Below are positions 1 to 10,421 of a stretch of DNA of 64,000 nucleotides, in pieces. The stretch lies in contig MEDY01000009.1 of the NCBI GenBank assembly GCA_001724265.1, positions 186,001 to 250,000 on the forward strand. The letters are read 5' to 3'. Positions within the stretch are counted from its first letter, which is position 1. Each line of letters starts with the position of its first letter. A model generated the notes under the pieces. That model saw only the letters and a program-made list of their open reading frames with translations, had not been told where the DNA came from and made no database searches. The DNA comes from Rhizaria sp. SCN 62-66 (Eukaryota). The translations under genes and the position numbers were made by a program.

Positions 1-2
1 CC

Positions 3-3000
3 TCGGCAGCCGCCGCCGCCGCCGCCGCTGCTGCTGCGAACGCAAACGGCAAGCGCGGTTCGCTCGTGCCCGCGCTGCACCTCGCCTCGGCCTCCGCCGA
101 CGCCGCCGCCTCCGAGGCCGCGGAACCCGGCGCCGCACTGGCCGCGGGCGCGGCCGCGACGCGCGCGCTACTGCTGTCACTTGAGTCGTCGGTGGTGCAC
201 GCGATGCTGCGGTCGCGCGCGCTGCGGCGCGACTGCGTGGCGGCGTGGACGCAGCGCGTGCTCGACTCGCTCGCGCTCACCGCGCAGCTGCTCGGCGACG
301 ACCCCAACGACGGGGACGTGCGCGCGCTGCGCGACCTCGCCGCGGGCGCGCTCGCCACGCTCCGGGAGGCGCTCTACACGCTGCCCAAGCACCGCGCGCT
401 GCCCGACGCCGCCGCGGACCTGGCAGGTTACCGCGCCGCCGTTGTCGCGCTCGGCCCCGCCACCGCCGGCGATGGCGACGCGCACAACACCGGCAGCGGC
501 TACGGCGCCGGCGCTGCCGCAGCTGCTGCGGCCGACGGCGACGCTGCTGTCATGAATGACAGCTCGCTGCCGCTGCTGCACTGGCCCGCGCCCGCGGCGC
601 CCGCGATGCCGCGGCTGCGCGCGCTGCTGCGCGACCTCGTCGCATACCTCGACACGCAGGCGCCCGCGCTGGCCGGCGCCGGTGAGGCCGCGCTGGCGCG
701 CGCGCTGGCCGCCGCGGCCCCGTCGCGCCAAGCGCAGGCGCGCGTGCTGTCGCTCTTCCACCTGCACCGCTACGCGCACGGCGGCGCGGTGCCGCTCGCG
801 GCCGCGGTCGCCGCGGGCGACGCCAGCAGCGCCGCCGGCTTGAGCGCGGCCGACGAGGCCGAGGGTGAGGGCGTGGTCGTGGCCGACTGGCTTGTCGCTA
901 GCATGCCCTACCACCTCCGCCTCTGCCTCGCGGCGCCGCCGATCGCGGACCGCCTGCTCGGCCTGCTGCTCGCGCAGGTCACCGCTCCCCCCGTCCCCGC
1001 CGCCGCCGCCGCCGCTGCCACTCCCGCCGCTGCGATTGGCGCGGACGGCAGCGGCAGCGGCAAGTCTGGCGCCGCGGTCTCGTGCTCGCACTGCCGCCGC
1101 GCGCCGCTGGCGGCGTCGCCGTGGCGTTGGCAGCGCCCCGACGCCGCCGCCGTCGCCGACCTCGCGCTCGACGCGCGCCTCGCGCAGGACCCGCTGTGGG
1201 GCGCAGCTGGCGCCGCCGCGGCCGCTGCCGCCGTTAACGGCTACGCGGTGTCGCCCGAGGCGCTCGCGGCGGCCGCCGACCGCGACGAGGATGGCGGCGA
1301 CGGCGACGACGTCTTCGCCGGACTTGACGCGACGACTGCGCTCGACGACTCGGTCGACGGCGGCGCGTTGCCCAGTGCGCGGTCGACGGGGATCCTATCC
1401 CCGGGCCGCTCGCGCTCGCGCGCTGGCGCCGCTGGCGGTTCGCCCGTACAGCTGGCCGCCAACGCGGCGCGCGCGACCGACGCCCGTGTCGGCGAGACCG
1501 TCGCCCGCGTGCTGCGCCAGCGCCGCGCCGCCAAGACCGCCGCGCTGAGCGCTGCCAACACTGGCAATAACAAGCACGGTGCAAGCGGTGCCGCGGCTGC
1601 TGCTGCTGCTGCCGCTGAGGCCGAGGCCGCCGCCGCCGAGGCCGCGGTGAGCGACATCGCGGCGACGGCGCGCGTGTTCGGCGTGCCGACGCCCGCGGCG
1701 GCGCTGGTGCAGTCGCTGCGGCACCCGTTCCTGGCCGTGCGCGTGCTTGTCGACCTCTTCGGCGCCGACCCCAACACGCGCGCCTCGGTGCCGCTCTGCG
1801 AGGCCGCCGATAACACGGAGGACGACGGCACCGCCGCCGCCGATGACGCCGAGGTCTCTGCCGACGAGCACGCTGTCGACGCCGCGGCTGCCGGCACTGT
1901 CGTCTCTGCCGACGGCTCCGCTGCCGCTGCTGGCGCTGACTCTGGCGCTGGTGACAAGGCGTACTCGCTGTGCGACGAATGCCACCGCCGCCGCCGCGGC
2001 CGCCAGCGACAGCGTCAGCGCGCCGCGCGTGGCGCTGCCACTGCCGACGCTGCCGCGGCGGAAGACGATTCTGGCACGCGGCTGGGCGGTGTCCCGCGCT
2101 CGACGCCACTGCACCTGGCCGCGCGCCGCGGCTGCGCGCCGCTGGTGTCGCTGCTGCTCGCGCGCGGCGCCTGGGCCGCGGTCAAGGACGGCGCGGGCCG
2201 CTCGCCCGCCGAGGCAGCCATCGCGGGCGGCCACGCGGCCGTTGCGGCGCGACTGCTGCGCGCGGGCGCCGCGGGTGGACCCGTGCTACCGCCACCGCCC
2301 ACTGCGCCCGCCACGGCCGTCGTCGCCTCCAACACTGCCGGTGCCGCTCGCTTGCTCACGGCCGCAGTCGCCGCCGAGGCGCGCGCCGCGCTGGGCACCG
2401 CTGCGGGCCGTGCGGCCGCGTCGCGCGCGCGTGACGCCGAGGGCGCGCGACAAGCGCTGGAGCGCGAGAAGCAGCGGCGCGCGCGTGGCCCGCGGTCCTC
2501 GTGGAGCGCGATGGAGCCCGGCGCAGCCGAGTACCTCGGGCTCTCCACCGGCGGTGCGGCCGGTGACGCGGGCAAGCACTCCGACGCCGAGTCTGAGTCC
2601 GAGGGCGAGTTCGAGAGCGTGCCCGCGATGCCGGAGCCCGACGAGCACCCGCACGGCCACGGCAACGCTCTCGTGCCTGTCGGGAAGCAGTCGTCTTCTG
2701 CTGCAGGCCCCACCGCGCTCACCGCGTCCGCCGGCGGGACTAGATTCTGGGCCAAGGGCGCTACCGCCAGCGGCGGTCTCCCGCGCGCGTCCGCCCGCCG
2801 CGAGCGCGACCACGCGTGGCAGCCCGCGCTGTGGCTGGGCCTCGACGCCGACGCCGACGCCGCGCTGCTGCCCGCGCGCCCCTCGGCCGCTGCGCGCCGC
2901 GACTCGACCGCCGGGCTCCCCGGCGGCGGGCCCGCGCGCGTGTCGCCCGCCGCCGCCGCCGCGGCGCTGTCAGCGGCGATCGGCGGCGACCTGGGCCTGC

Positions 3001-5033
3001 TGGCGGCCATGACCGCGCGCGCCGCCCCGCGCTCGCTGCGCGCGTCGCACCGCCGCGCCGCACTGCGCATGCTCATGTCGCTGCTTCCGGCCTCGGCGCC
3101 CGTGCACTCCACGGCTAACGCGGTCGCCGCGATCGCGCGCTACCCGCCGCAGTCGGTGTCCGCGGGGGCTCCCTCGCCCGCGCAGCAGTGGTTCCACTCG
3201 CCGCCCGCCGTCGCGCTGCTCCGCGCCGCCTCCCTTGCGCGCGCGCGCAGCGTCGTCATCCTGGCGCCCGCCGCGCTCCGCGCCGCGCGCCGCCCCCAGC
3301 CCGCGCGCGGCAGCGGCCCGCCCTCGCGCCCGCAGCCTTGGAAGTCCTCCGCCGACGCGCTCTGCGCCGCCGGTGCCGCTGCCGCGCTCGCGCTGCCGCT
3401 GGACGCCGCGGAGGTGTCTGCGCCGCTGCCGCGCCGTTGCTGCCCCTGTTGCTGCGGTGGCGGCGTCGCTGCTGCAGGCTCCCGCGGCGGCCGTGCTGTT
3501 TCCAGCGCCAACGCCAACGCTAACGGAGCTTCTAGCAAGCGTGCGTCTGGCGTTGCTGGCAGCGCAGGTTGCGCGCGCAAGCGGCAGCAGTCGCACCTAC
3601 TCAACGGCGCGCTCGACGCCGCTGCGCTGCCCACTGTCTGCGCCTGTGCCGTCAGCTGCAGCGCCGCGCAGCAGCACCAGCAAAACGGCCACCACGTCAG
3701 CAGACCGGGATCCTCGCTCGCCGTCGGCGCCGCGCGCTCCCGTCGCGGCTCGCTGACGCACTCGACGGCCGGCTCCGACGCAACGTCCACCGCGCCGCCC
3801 GCGGGCGGGCTTCGTGGACTTGCGCGCGTGCAGGCCGCCGCGGACGGGTCCTATGCGTACCAGTCCAGCGACGACGATGACGACGACGATGACCCTGACG
3901 CGGCGGCCGCCGCCGCCGCCGCCGCGCTGCCGATGTTTCCCCCGCTGCCGCCCACGGCGGCGTGGCGCGTCGACGGCGCCGGCGCCCCCGCGTTGCGCGC
4001 GGCGCTCATGTCCGCCGGCGCGGCCGACGGGCAGTGGGGCGCGCCCTGGTCGGCGCGCTGGGAGCGGCGCGCGCGCGCGGCGACGGCGGCTGCGCTGGTG
4101 CGGCTGGGCGCTACAGTCGAGGACCCCGCAGCGGGCGACGTGCATGAGCTGGCCAACGGCGGCGCGCTCGGCGGGCCCGACGGCGCCGCGCCCAAGCTCT
4201 GCGCGTGCTGCTGCTGCGCCAACGGTGGCGTCGTCGCGGCGGCCTCCGCGGCCGATGGGCTCGACTACCGCGCCGCGGCCGAGTCCGTGCGCGGGGACGC
4301 CATCGCCGCCGCACAGGCCGCGGCCGCCGGCGACGAGACCGCAGGGCTGCTGATGCTGCCGCGCGCGGCTGGCGGTGCGCGTGCGAGTCTGCCGCCCGGA
4401 CAGAAGCCAAGCGGCACGGCCGCTGTGCCGCTGTCCGCACGGTCTGAGGCGCGCCAGGTGTCGTCCATCGCGGCCGATCTCGCCGCCGCCGTCGCGCCGC
4501 CCGCTGACAGCGCCGCGGCCGCTGCGGAGGCCGCAGAGGCCGCTGCTAAGGCTGTGGCGGACAAGGCCGCGGCTGATAAGGCCGCTGCCGCGCTGGCACG
4601 TGCCGTCGCAACGGAGCGCGCAACGATTGCCGCAGCGCGCGCGTGGCTCGACAGCACGCCCGCCGCGGTCGCCGCCGCGCTCTCCGCGAGCTCGAGCAGC
4701 GCTGCTGTGGCGTCTGCGCCCACGCGCACCCCGCGCGCCGGCGGCGACGCGGCCGAGTCGTCCTCGTCAATGGCGTCGGCGGCGGTGCGGTCCGGCGTGC
4801 GCGGGCGCGCGGCGTGGCTGCGCGCTGCCGACGCGGCGCTCGCAGTAGCCTTCACCAACTCGCACGCGCCCGCGGGCATGACCGCCGGCCCCGGCGTTGG
4901 TGCAGGCGGCGCGGGCGCGGGCACGCGCGGTGCGCTCACTAGGCTCAGGCGCGCGGTGCTCGAGCTATTGGCCCCGGCACCCGACGTTGCCGCTGCAGTC
5001 GACCCCAGGCAGATCGCGCGCGGCGGCAAGTAA
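3..5033 (+). CDS. Ankyrin-repeat-containing Ala-rich protein, 5'-partial
   Basis: Frame is open from the window edge (codon at 3) to TAA 5031-5033, where GC content drops sharply. Ankyrin motifs STPLHLAARRGCAPLVSLLLARGA...GRSPAEAAIAGGHAAVAARLL at about 2100-2270. Confidence 0.8.
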   Translation, partial: SAAAAAAAAAAANANGKRGSLVPALHLASASADAAASEAAEPGAALAAGAAATRALLLSLESSVVHAMLRSRALRRDCVAAWTQRVLDSLALTAQLLGDDPNDGDVRALRDLAAGALATLREALYTLPKHRALPDAAADLAGYRAAVVALGPATAGDGDAHNTGSGYGAGAAAAAAADGDAAVMNDSSLPLLHWPAPAAPAMPRLRALLRDLVAYLDTQAPALAGAGEAALARALAAAAPSRQAQARVLSLFHLHRYAHGGAVPLAAAVAAGDASSAAGLSAADEAEGEGVVVADWLVASMPYHLRLCLAAPPIADRLLGLLLAQVTAPPVPAAAAAAATPAAAIGADGSGSGKSGAAVSCSHCRRAPLAASPWRWQRPDAAAVADLALDARLAQDPLWGAAGAAAAAAAVNGYAVSPEALAAAADRDEDGGDGDDVFAGLDATTALDDSVDGGALPSARSTGILSPGRSRSRAGAAGGSPVQLAANAARATDARVGETVARVLRQRRAAKTAALSAANTGNNKHGASGAAAAAAAAAEAEAAAAEAAVSDIAATARVFGVPTPAAALVQSLRHPFLAVRVLVDLFGADPNTRASVPLCEAADNTEDDGTAAADDAEVSADEHAVDAAAAGTVVSADGSAAAAGADSGAGDKAYSLCDECHRRRRGRQRQRQRAARGAATADAAAAEDDSGTRLGGVPRSTPLHLAARRGCAPLVSLLLARGAWAAVKDGAGRSPAEAAIAGGHAAVAARLLRAGAAGGPVLPPPPTAPATAVVASNTAGAARLLTAAVAAEARAALGTAAGRAAASRARDAEGARQALEREKQRRARGPRSSWSAMEPGAAEYLGLSTGGAAGDAGKHSDAESESEGEFESVPAMPEPDEHPHGHGNALVPVGKQSSSAAGPTALTASAGGTRFWAKGATASGGLPRASARRERDHAWQPALWLGLDADADAALLPARPSAAARRDSTAGLPGGGPARVSPAAAAAALSAAIGGDLGLLAAMTARAAPRSLRASHRRAALRMLMSLLPASAPVHSTANAVAAIARYPPQSVSAGAPSPAQQWFHSPPAVALLRAASLARARSVVILAPAALRAARRPQPARGSGPPSRPQPWKSSADALCAAGAAAALALPLDAAEVSAPLPRRCCPCCCGGGVAAAGSRGGRAVSSANANANGASSKRASGVAGSAGCARKRQQSHLLNGALDAAALPTVCACAVSCSAAQQHQQNGHHVSRPGSSLAVGAARSRRGSLTHSTAGSDATSTAPPAGGLRGLARVQAAADGSYAYQSSDDDDDDDDPDAAAAAAAAALPMFPPLPPTAAWRVDGAGAPALRAALMSAGAADGQWGAPWSARWERRARAATAAALVRLGATVEDPAAGDVHELANGGALGGPDGAAPKLCACCCCANGGVVAAASAADGLDYRAAAESVRGDAIAAAQAAAAGDETAGLLMLPRAAGGARASLPPGQKPSGTAAVPLSARSEARQVSSIAADLAAAVAPPADSAAAAAEAAEAAAKAVADKAAADKAAAALARAVATERATIAAARAWLDSTPAAVAAALSASSSSAAVASAPTRTPRAGGDAAESSSSMASAAVRSGVRGRAAWLRAADAALAVAFTNSHAPAGMTAGPGVGAGGAGAGTRGALTRLRRAVLELLAPAPDVAAAVDPRQIARGGK

Positions 5034-5935
5034 CTATCTTGATCCATTGTGAGAAAGTTGCAGTGCGTAACATAACTTCCCTTCTTTTGCTACGATGTTG
5101 GCGTAGGACGTAGCGCCAACATTTTCAGTTGATTCATTGTTTTTTTCGAACTAAATAAGAATTCCAGTAGTTTTATTTTTGTTTCAGTTTTATTTTTTTT
5201 TAGATGTAAAAAACTAACTGCGTTTTCGCCAATCTTTCGACTTTGAAAGCACGCCTGACGCATTGAGTAAAGTTAATGAATGTCGACCGATCCTTTCTTG
5301 CTTCCGACACTGACTTCTGAAGAAACTCGCCTTTGTTGTTTACATTTTATATTTTTGCCCTTTTTTTCTGACTTACCGCTGTAGTTGTCTTGGTGCTGTG
5401 TCCCTTTATATTAGCTCTATGATGTAGTTTCTCTTCATATTGCAGCTGTCTCATTTTCTACAGTCGCAACAATGCTTGCTTTATTAAGTTTGTTCTGTCC
5501 CCGCTAAATCTATCACCTCACTGTCTGTCCAAACAAGAACATGAATACTCTTCATGTGTCTTATTAATTCAACTCCATTCACACAAAAAAAATACACTTT
5601 AGTTCTCATTTTCAGTCATCACATCTTCCGATGCGAATGCTACGTTTCACGTGTATTCCCAGTGCAATGTATTTAGCAAGAATCAACACTAGATTCGGAC
5701 TTATTTTTGTATACCTACGTACGTACGTACAAAAAAATGCACATGTATGTCCAATGAAATTCGTGAAAGCAAACTCCACATCGCATCAATCATCAACGCA
5801 ACCTCACACTAACAGTCGCGTTGACATTTCATCACAAAAGATCACTTCAGTTAAAACATATAAGATCACAAACATAATCACAATTAGTAATGCCATAGTA
5901 AATCATCACGTATCATAATCTACGAGCAGGATCCT

Positions 5936-7726
5936 TCACGCCCATTGCTTCCTCCCTTCGTCCAGCTCCTCACTTTGCCCCTCTGCCTCCACAAACGCTT
6001 GTGTCGCACCCTCTGCACCCGCATGGACCTGTTGCGCATGCGCCTGTTGATGCAGCGCATTCATCTGCGACTCAATATGTGACAGTGCGCCTACATGGCC
6101 CACGCCCCCCAGCCCCAGCCCTAGCGAGCGCGTGACTGTGGCCTCTTCAACGCCCATCTCGACGCACACGTACTCCTCGTCCAAGATCTCCTCCAGCCGA
6201 CCGACGGTGCCCGCATGGATACCCTCTTTGCGCGCCAGCTCAACGGGCGTAGCGTCCTTCTCGTCTGCCGCGCCCGCCGTCTCAGGCGCCGCCGCGCAGA
6301 GCAGCTCGACGCACGCGGTGTGGCCACTCTCGGCGGCCCAGTGCAGCGGCGTCTGCCCTGAGGCCTTGCCCATGACGGTCACGCACCACGTCGACGACCG
6401 CGCGCGCGGGTCCGCGCCCGCGCTCAGCAGCAACGCCACGGCCGCGCGCTGCCCGTTGCCCGCCGCCCAGTGCAGCGCGGTAGAGTCGTTGGCGGCGCGC
6501 GCGTCGACGGGGACCCGGAACGCGGGCCCCAGTAGCAGCGCGAGCACGCCGCAGTGCCCGCCCGCTGCCGCGTGGTGCAGCGCGCCGCCCCCGCGCTCCA
6601 CGCGCGCCGCCGCGACGGCCGCGGGCGTGATCTCCGCGCGGCCCTGCGCCGTCGCCAGCAGCGCCTCGGCCTCAGCAAGCGCGCCCAACGCGCAGTGGCG
6701 GATGAAGGCGCGCAGCGCGGGCGTCAGCGGCGGCGCGGGGGCCGGCTCCGAGCGCGCCGTGGCGGCGGCGTAGTGAGCGCGCGTGAGCCGGTTCGACGCG
6801 GCCGCCAGCGCTGAGAGCGGGGCGGCGGGCGCCGCGGTCAGCGAGGCCAGCAGCGCGCGGGGCGCAACCGCGGCGGGCTGCAAGGCTGAGGATGAGGATA
6901 CTGATGATGAAATCGCAAGGCTCGTGTGAGATAAGTGAGGCAGCGACGACGACGACGACGAGGAGGACGACGACGATGATGATGATGGTGATGAGGCTGT
7001 TGCCGTCGCCTGAAGCTGCAGCTGGTTGCCATATTGCAGAAACATCTGCTGTTGCTGCTGTTGCTGTTGCTGCAGGAGGACAGCGCGGTCGCGAGCGTGC
7101 ACGCGCTCCAGGTGCGCCTGCAGCGCGCGCTTGCTCACCAGGAACCGCTGCTTGCCGCCCGCGCGCGCCTGCGACGCTGACGCCGACGCGGACGCAGCTG
7201 GCGCCGCTGCGGAGTTGGTGTTGCTGAGTGTGTCGCCGTGCAGCGCCGAGTTGGCGAGGCGCGGGAAGTAGTCGAGGTCGTCGAGCGCCGAGGACGGGAC
7301 GATGCGCGTCGCGGCCGTCGCAGCTGCAGTTGCGGCGGCGGCCACAGCGCGCGCGTGCTCGTGGGCGCTGGCCGTGAGCGCTGAGAGGGAGCCAGACGGG
7401 GGTGAAAACGACCCGACGGTTGCAGCAAAAGTCGAGTTGAACGACGAAGACGACGACGACGTTGACGCGCTCAAAGCGTTTGCAGCTGTCGCACCATGAG
7501 GGAGCGCGGGGCCGACGACGGCGTTGCTGTTGCTTGTGAAAGACGACGGAAGTGCCGAGTATGCGGTAGACTCGGGGGGCGCAAATGTGAACGTAATCTG
7601 CTTCACAGTCATGACGCCAAAAGAGAACGATCCTTGTGAAGGGCTGCCCGCCGCTGCGGTGAAGGCACGGCGGGGACTGCCGACGCCACCTGCAAGGCGG
7701 AGTGCTGCAGCGACACCACGATGCAT
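5936..7726 (-). CDS. Ankyrin-repeat protein (596 aa) with possible mitochondrial presequence
   Basis: Ankyrin repeats ALHHAAAGGH, TALHWAAGNGQ, TPLHWAAESGH. The Arg/Ala-rich, acid-free N-terminus reads MHRGVAAALRLAGG...RRAFT. Ends TGA. Confidence 0.85.
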   Translation of the reverse strand: MHRGVAAALRLAGGVGSPRRAFTAAAGSPSQGSFSFGVMTVKQITFTFAPPESTAYSALPSSFTSNSNAVVGPALPHGATAANALSASTSSSSSSFNSTFAATVGSFSPPSGSLSALTASAHEHARAVAAAATAAATAATRIVPSSALDDLDYFPRLANSALHGDTLSNTNSAAAPAASASASASQARAGGKQRFLVSKRALQAHLERVHARDRAVLLQQQQQQQQQMFLQYGNQLQLQATATASSPSSSSSSSSSSSSSSLPHLSHTSLAISSSVSSSSALQPAAVAPRALLASLTAAPAAPLSALAAASNRLTRAHYAAATARSEPAPAPPLTPALRAFIRHCALGALAEAEALLATAQGRAEITPAAVAAARVERGGGALHHAAAGGHCGVLALLLGPAFRVPVDARAANDSTALHWAAGNGQRAAVALLLSAGADPRARSSTWCVTVMGKASGQTPLHWAAESGHTACVELLCAAAPETAGAADEKDATPVELARKEGIHAGTVGRLEEILDEEYVCVEMGVEEATVTRSLGLGLGGVGHVGALSHIESQMNALHQQAHAQQVHAGAEGATQAFVEAEGQSEELDEGRKQWA

Positions 7727-8801
7727 CTACAGAAAACAAAATTTTAGAAAACAGTATATTGTTTAGCTAGGGTATCTGGGTATAATACTATTGATCTATT
7801 GACGGTTACGGTGCGAAGTTTTAGCCAATGCTTGAAGGTCGGTCTTCGAACTTCACATCTCCTGGTTCGTCCTGTGCCCTGGTCCCAAATCACTAAACAC
7901 TTATAAAACTGTACGCGCAACAATACATCGTACCAAGCCTCAACTTGTGATTCCTTACAAAAAATAACGCATTTGATTGTGCTTGGGTGATGACCATGCG
8001 CGATCAGATGTTGGTTCTGAACAACAAATATATTTTTTAACGAGGTCGCGCGGCCATGTGATCCGCTTCGAACATCATCGCTATCGTGTTAATAATCTTG
8101 GAATGCGCATACTCTCGAGGAAAACATGTTAAAATAGATACAGACGTATCATATGCAATTGGAATTGCATTGTGTCTTTTGTGTGAGTAATCTGAGTTGA
8201 TCTATGTCATGTTTCATTTCAATGTACTGTAGCTTTAAGTTCGATCTGACTAGCTGTGCTTGATGAAGATCTTACTCATTCCAACCTTGTCAGTTTGTGT
8301 GATGTCTCTCGGCAATCGCTTGGTAACTGGCTAGAATTGGTAGCTTCAAAGATTGGCATGGACATGCGCTCTTGGTGTCACAAGAGGTTCGCTTGTAACA
8401 ATCAGCACAGAGAGCAAGAGAAAAACAAATAGTAGATGGAAATGGTGCAACAACGACGGATGGTGATCCCGCGAGCTGTGCCCAAAGTGTAAAAGTGTAT
8501 TGAAAAGAAGAGTAGTAATGAGAGTGTGACTTAACAGGGCGCAAACGAACAACTTACGATGCCGCCCGTGATGATTTGCTTTGATTGGTTGATATGGGTA
8601 AAGAAAAACAAAACAAAATGTGAACAACAAAAAAGAAAGAACAAATAAAAAAACAATGCTGATCTGAACCTAGCTCTACTATTCAACAACAACAGCAACA
8701 CTAACAGCCTCAGTCAACTGACACAGTTGCTAAGAGTCTGCTTTGTACTGCTGTTGTGTGGAGCGGTCCTCACTCCGCCTGAACGCGGCCGGAACGCGCC
8801 A

Positions 8802-9710
8802 TTACGTGCCGAAGTAGCGGTCGCCGAAGTCGCCGATGCCGGGGATGATGTACTTGTCCGAGTTGAGGTTGCAGTCGATCATGGTGGTGACGACGCGGAT
8901 CTTGGGGTACTTGGTCATGAGCACCTCGACGCCCTCGGGCGCGGCGATGAGGTTGACAAAGCAGATGTCCTCCTCCTTGACGCCGCGCTCGAGCAGGACC
9001 TGGATGGCAAGCACGGCCGAGGAGCCCGAGGCGAGCATAGGATCCAGCAGAAGGATGGCCAGGTCGTTGACCTCAGGCAGCTTCGAGTAGAAGAGCTTGG
9101 CCTGCTTGGCGGGGGACGCCTCGTCGCGCTGGATGAGGATCTTGCCGATCTTGATGCCGCGGATGGTGGAGCGCAGCGCCTGCTCCATGGCCTCGCCGGC
9201 GCGCATGATCGACACGCCGATGACCTCCTTGGAGAGCTCGAGGCCGGAGAAGGCACAGCCGGTGGGCGTGGTGACCGTCTTTTCGTCGTAGGGCAGCTGG
9301 TCGAACGAGAACTCGATCAGCGAGCGCATCAGCTGGTCCGCGTAGAAGACGAAGTCGGAGCGGGACGCGTCCTTGTTGCGAATCAGCGTGTGCACGCGCA
9401 GCTAAACGGGTATCGCAGGATGAAGCAAGAGATTCAAAGGAAAAAGAGCGGTAATGAGAGGACAGAAATGTGAGGTGATGCATGTGATTATGGATCTGTT
9501 TGGTCGTGTCACAGAGACCTCCTTCATGGTATCAAAGCGGTATTTAATTGTAGTATCGTAGTTTCATCGCAACATTGCGCGATTTGTGAGCGGAATAGAG
9601 GGACGTACGTTGGCACTCGTCTCAGGGAGCACGTGCAGGTTGGGGAACTTGGCAACGAGCTTCTCGGTAAGCTCCTTGCGGGCTGCCACAGCCGCCTCGG
9701 TTGTGGACAT
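8802..9710 (-). CDS. UPRT: Uracil phosphoribosyltransferase, 2 exons (9710-9609, 9401-8802)
   Basis: Motifs HTLIRNK, GVSIMRAGEAME, IGKILIQRDE, LLLDPMLASG, YIIPGIGDFGDRYFGT. Phase-0 intron 9608-9402 (GTACGT...TTTAG) joins LPETSAN to LRVHTLIR. Ends TAA. Confidence 0.95.
9402..9608 (-). other. Spliceosomal intron (207 bp) in UPRT
   Basis: GTACGT...TTTAG; removal restores the conserved sequence. Confidence 0.9.
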
Positions 9711-10421
9711 CCTGCATAGCCACAGAAGTAGACAGGGTAGTAGCAACGAAGATGGGCGAAGTGATCAGTGTGTAAGGCAGCATATAGGTGCGGTGGGGAA
9801 GTGTCGTTTCGTAGGACGGGTGCTCGCGCGCAAAAGACGAAATACGCGTGACAAAGCCGACTTAACGAAGACAAGATTTTAAAAACATAGACATTAACAA
9901 CGTTTCATCCCAACTCTCTCTGAAAACCGATCAGTCAGAGGCTGTTTTGAGCTGCCTAATCGTCGCAAATCTCCCGCTTCTCCGGGACAAGCAGCGACAG
10001 GGCCTTCGCGTCGCTTTTCTCGGGCTGATTGACCACAAATCATTTTTGGCCCGCTGCCAGTCCAAATCATTGTTTGGTCGGACAGCTGGGTCCGTCGTCG
10101 GCAAATGCAGATTTCAAAGATGTATCTCGGCCCACTTAATTCGTTCATGCAGATTCTAAGAGTTGATACTGCTAGAAACTGATGTGCATACTACTCAGCA
10201 CTTGTTTTGAAACAATTTTATTGCGTTATACACAACATGTGGCGTGTCCAATGCAAGCTCGTTTCACTGTTGATTTGTCTCCCCATTGCAATACCCCGCT
10301 CATCTCCGCCGTCATCCGCTCTTCCCGCGTCAGCGTCCACACAACTCTTACAGATACCCCCGCACTGTCCGTAACTCCCCGTTCACAGGGCCGTTCTTTC
10401 GCGGCGGACCAGTTGCGCCCC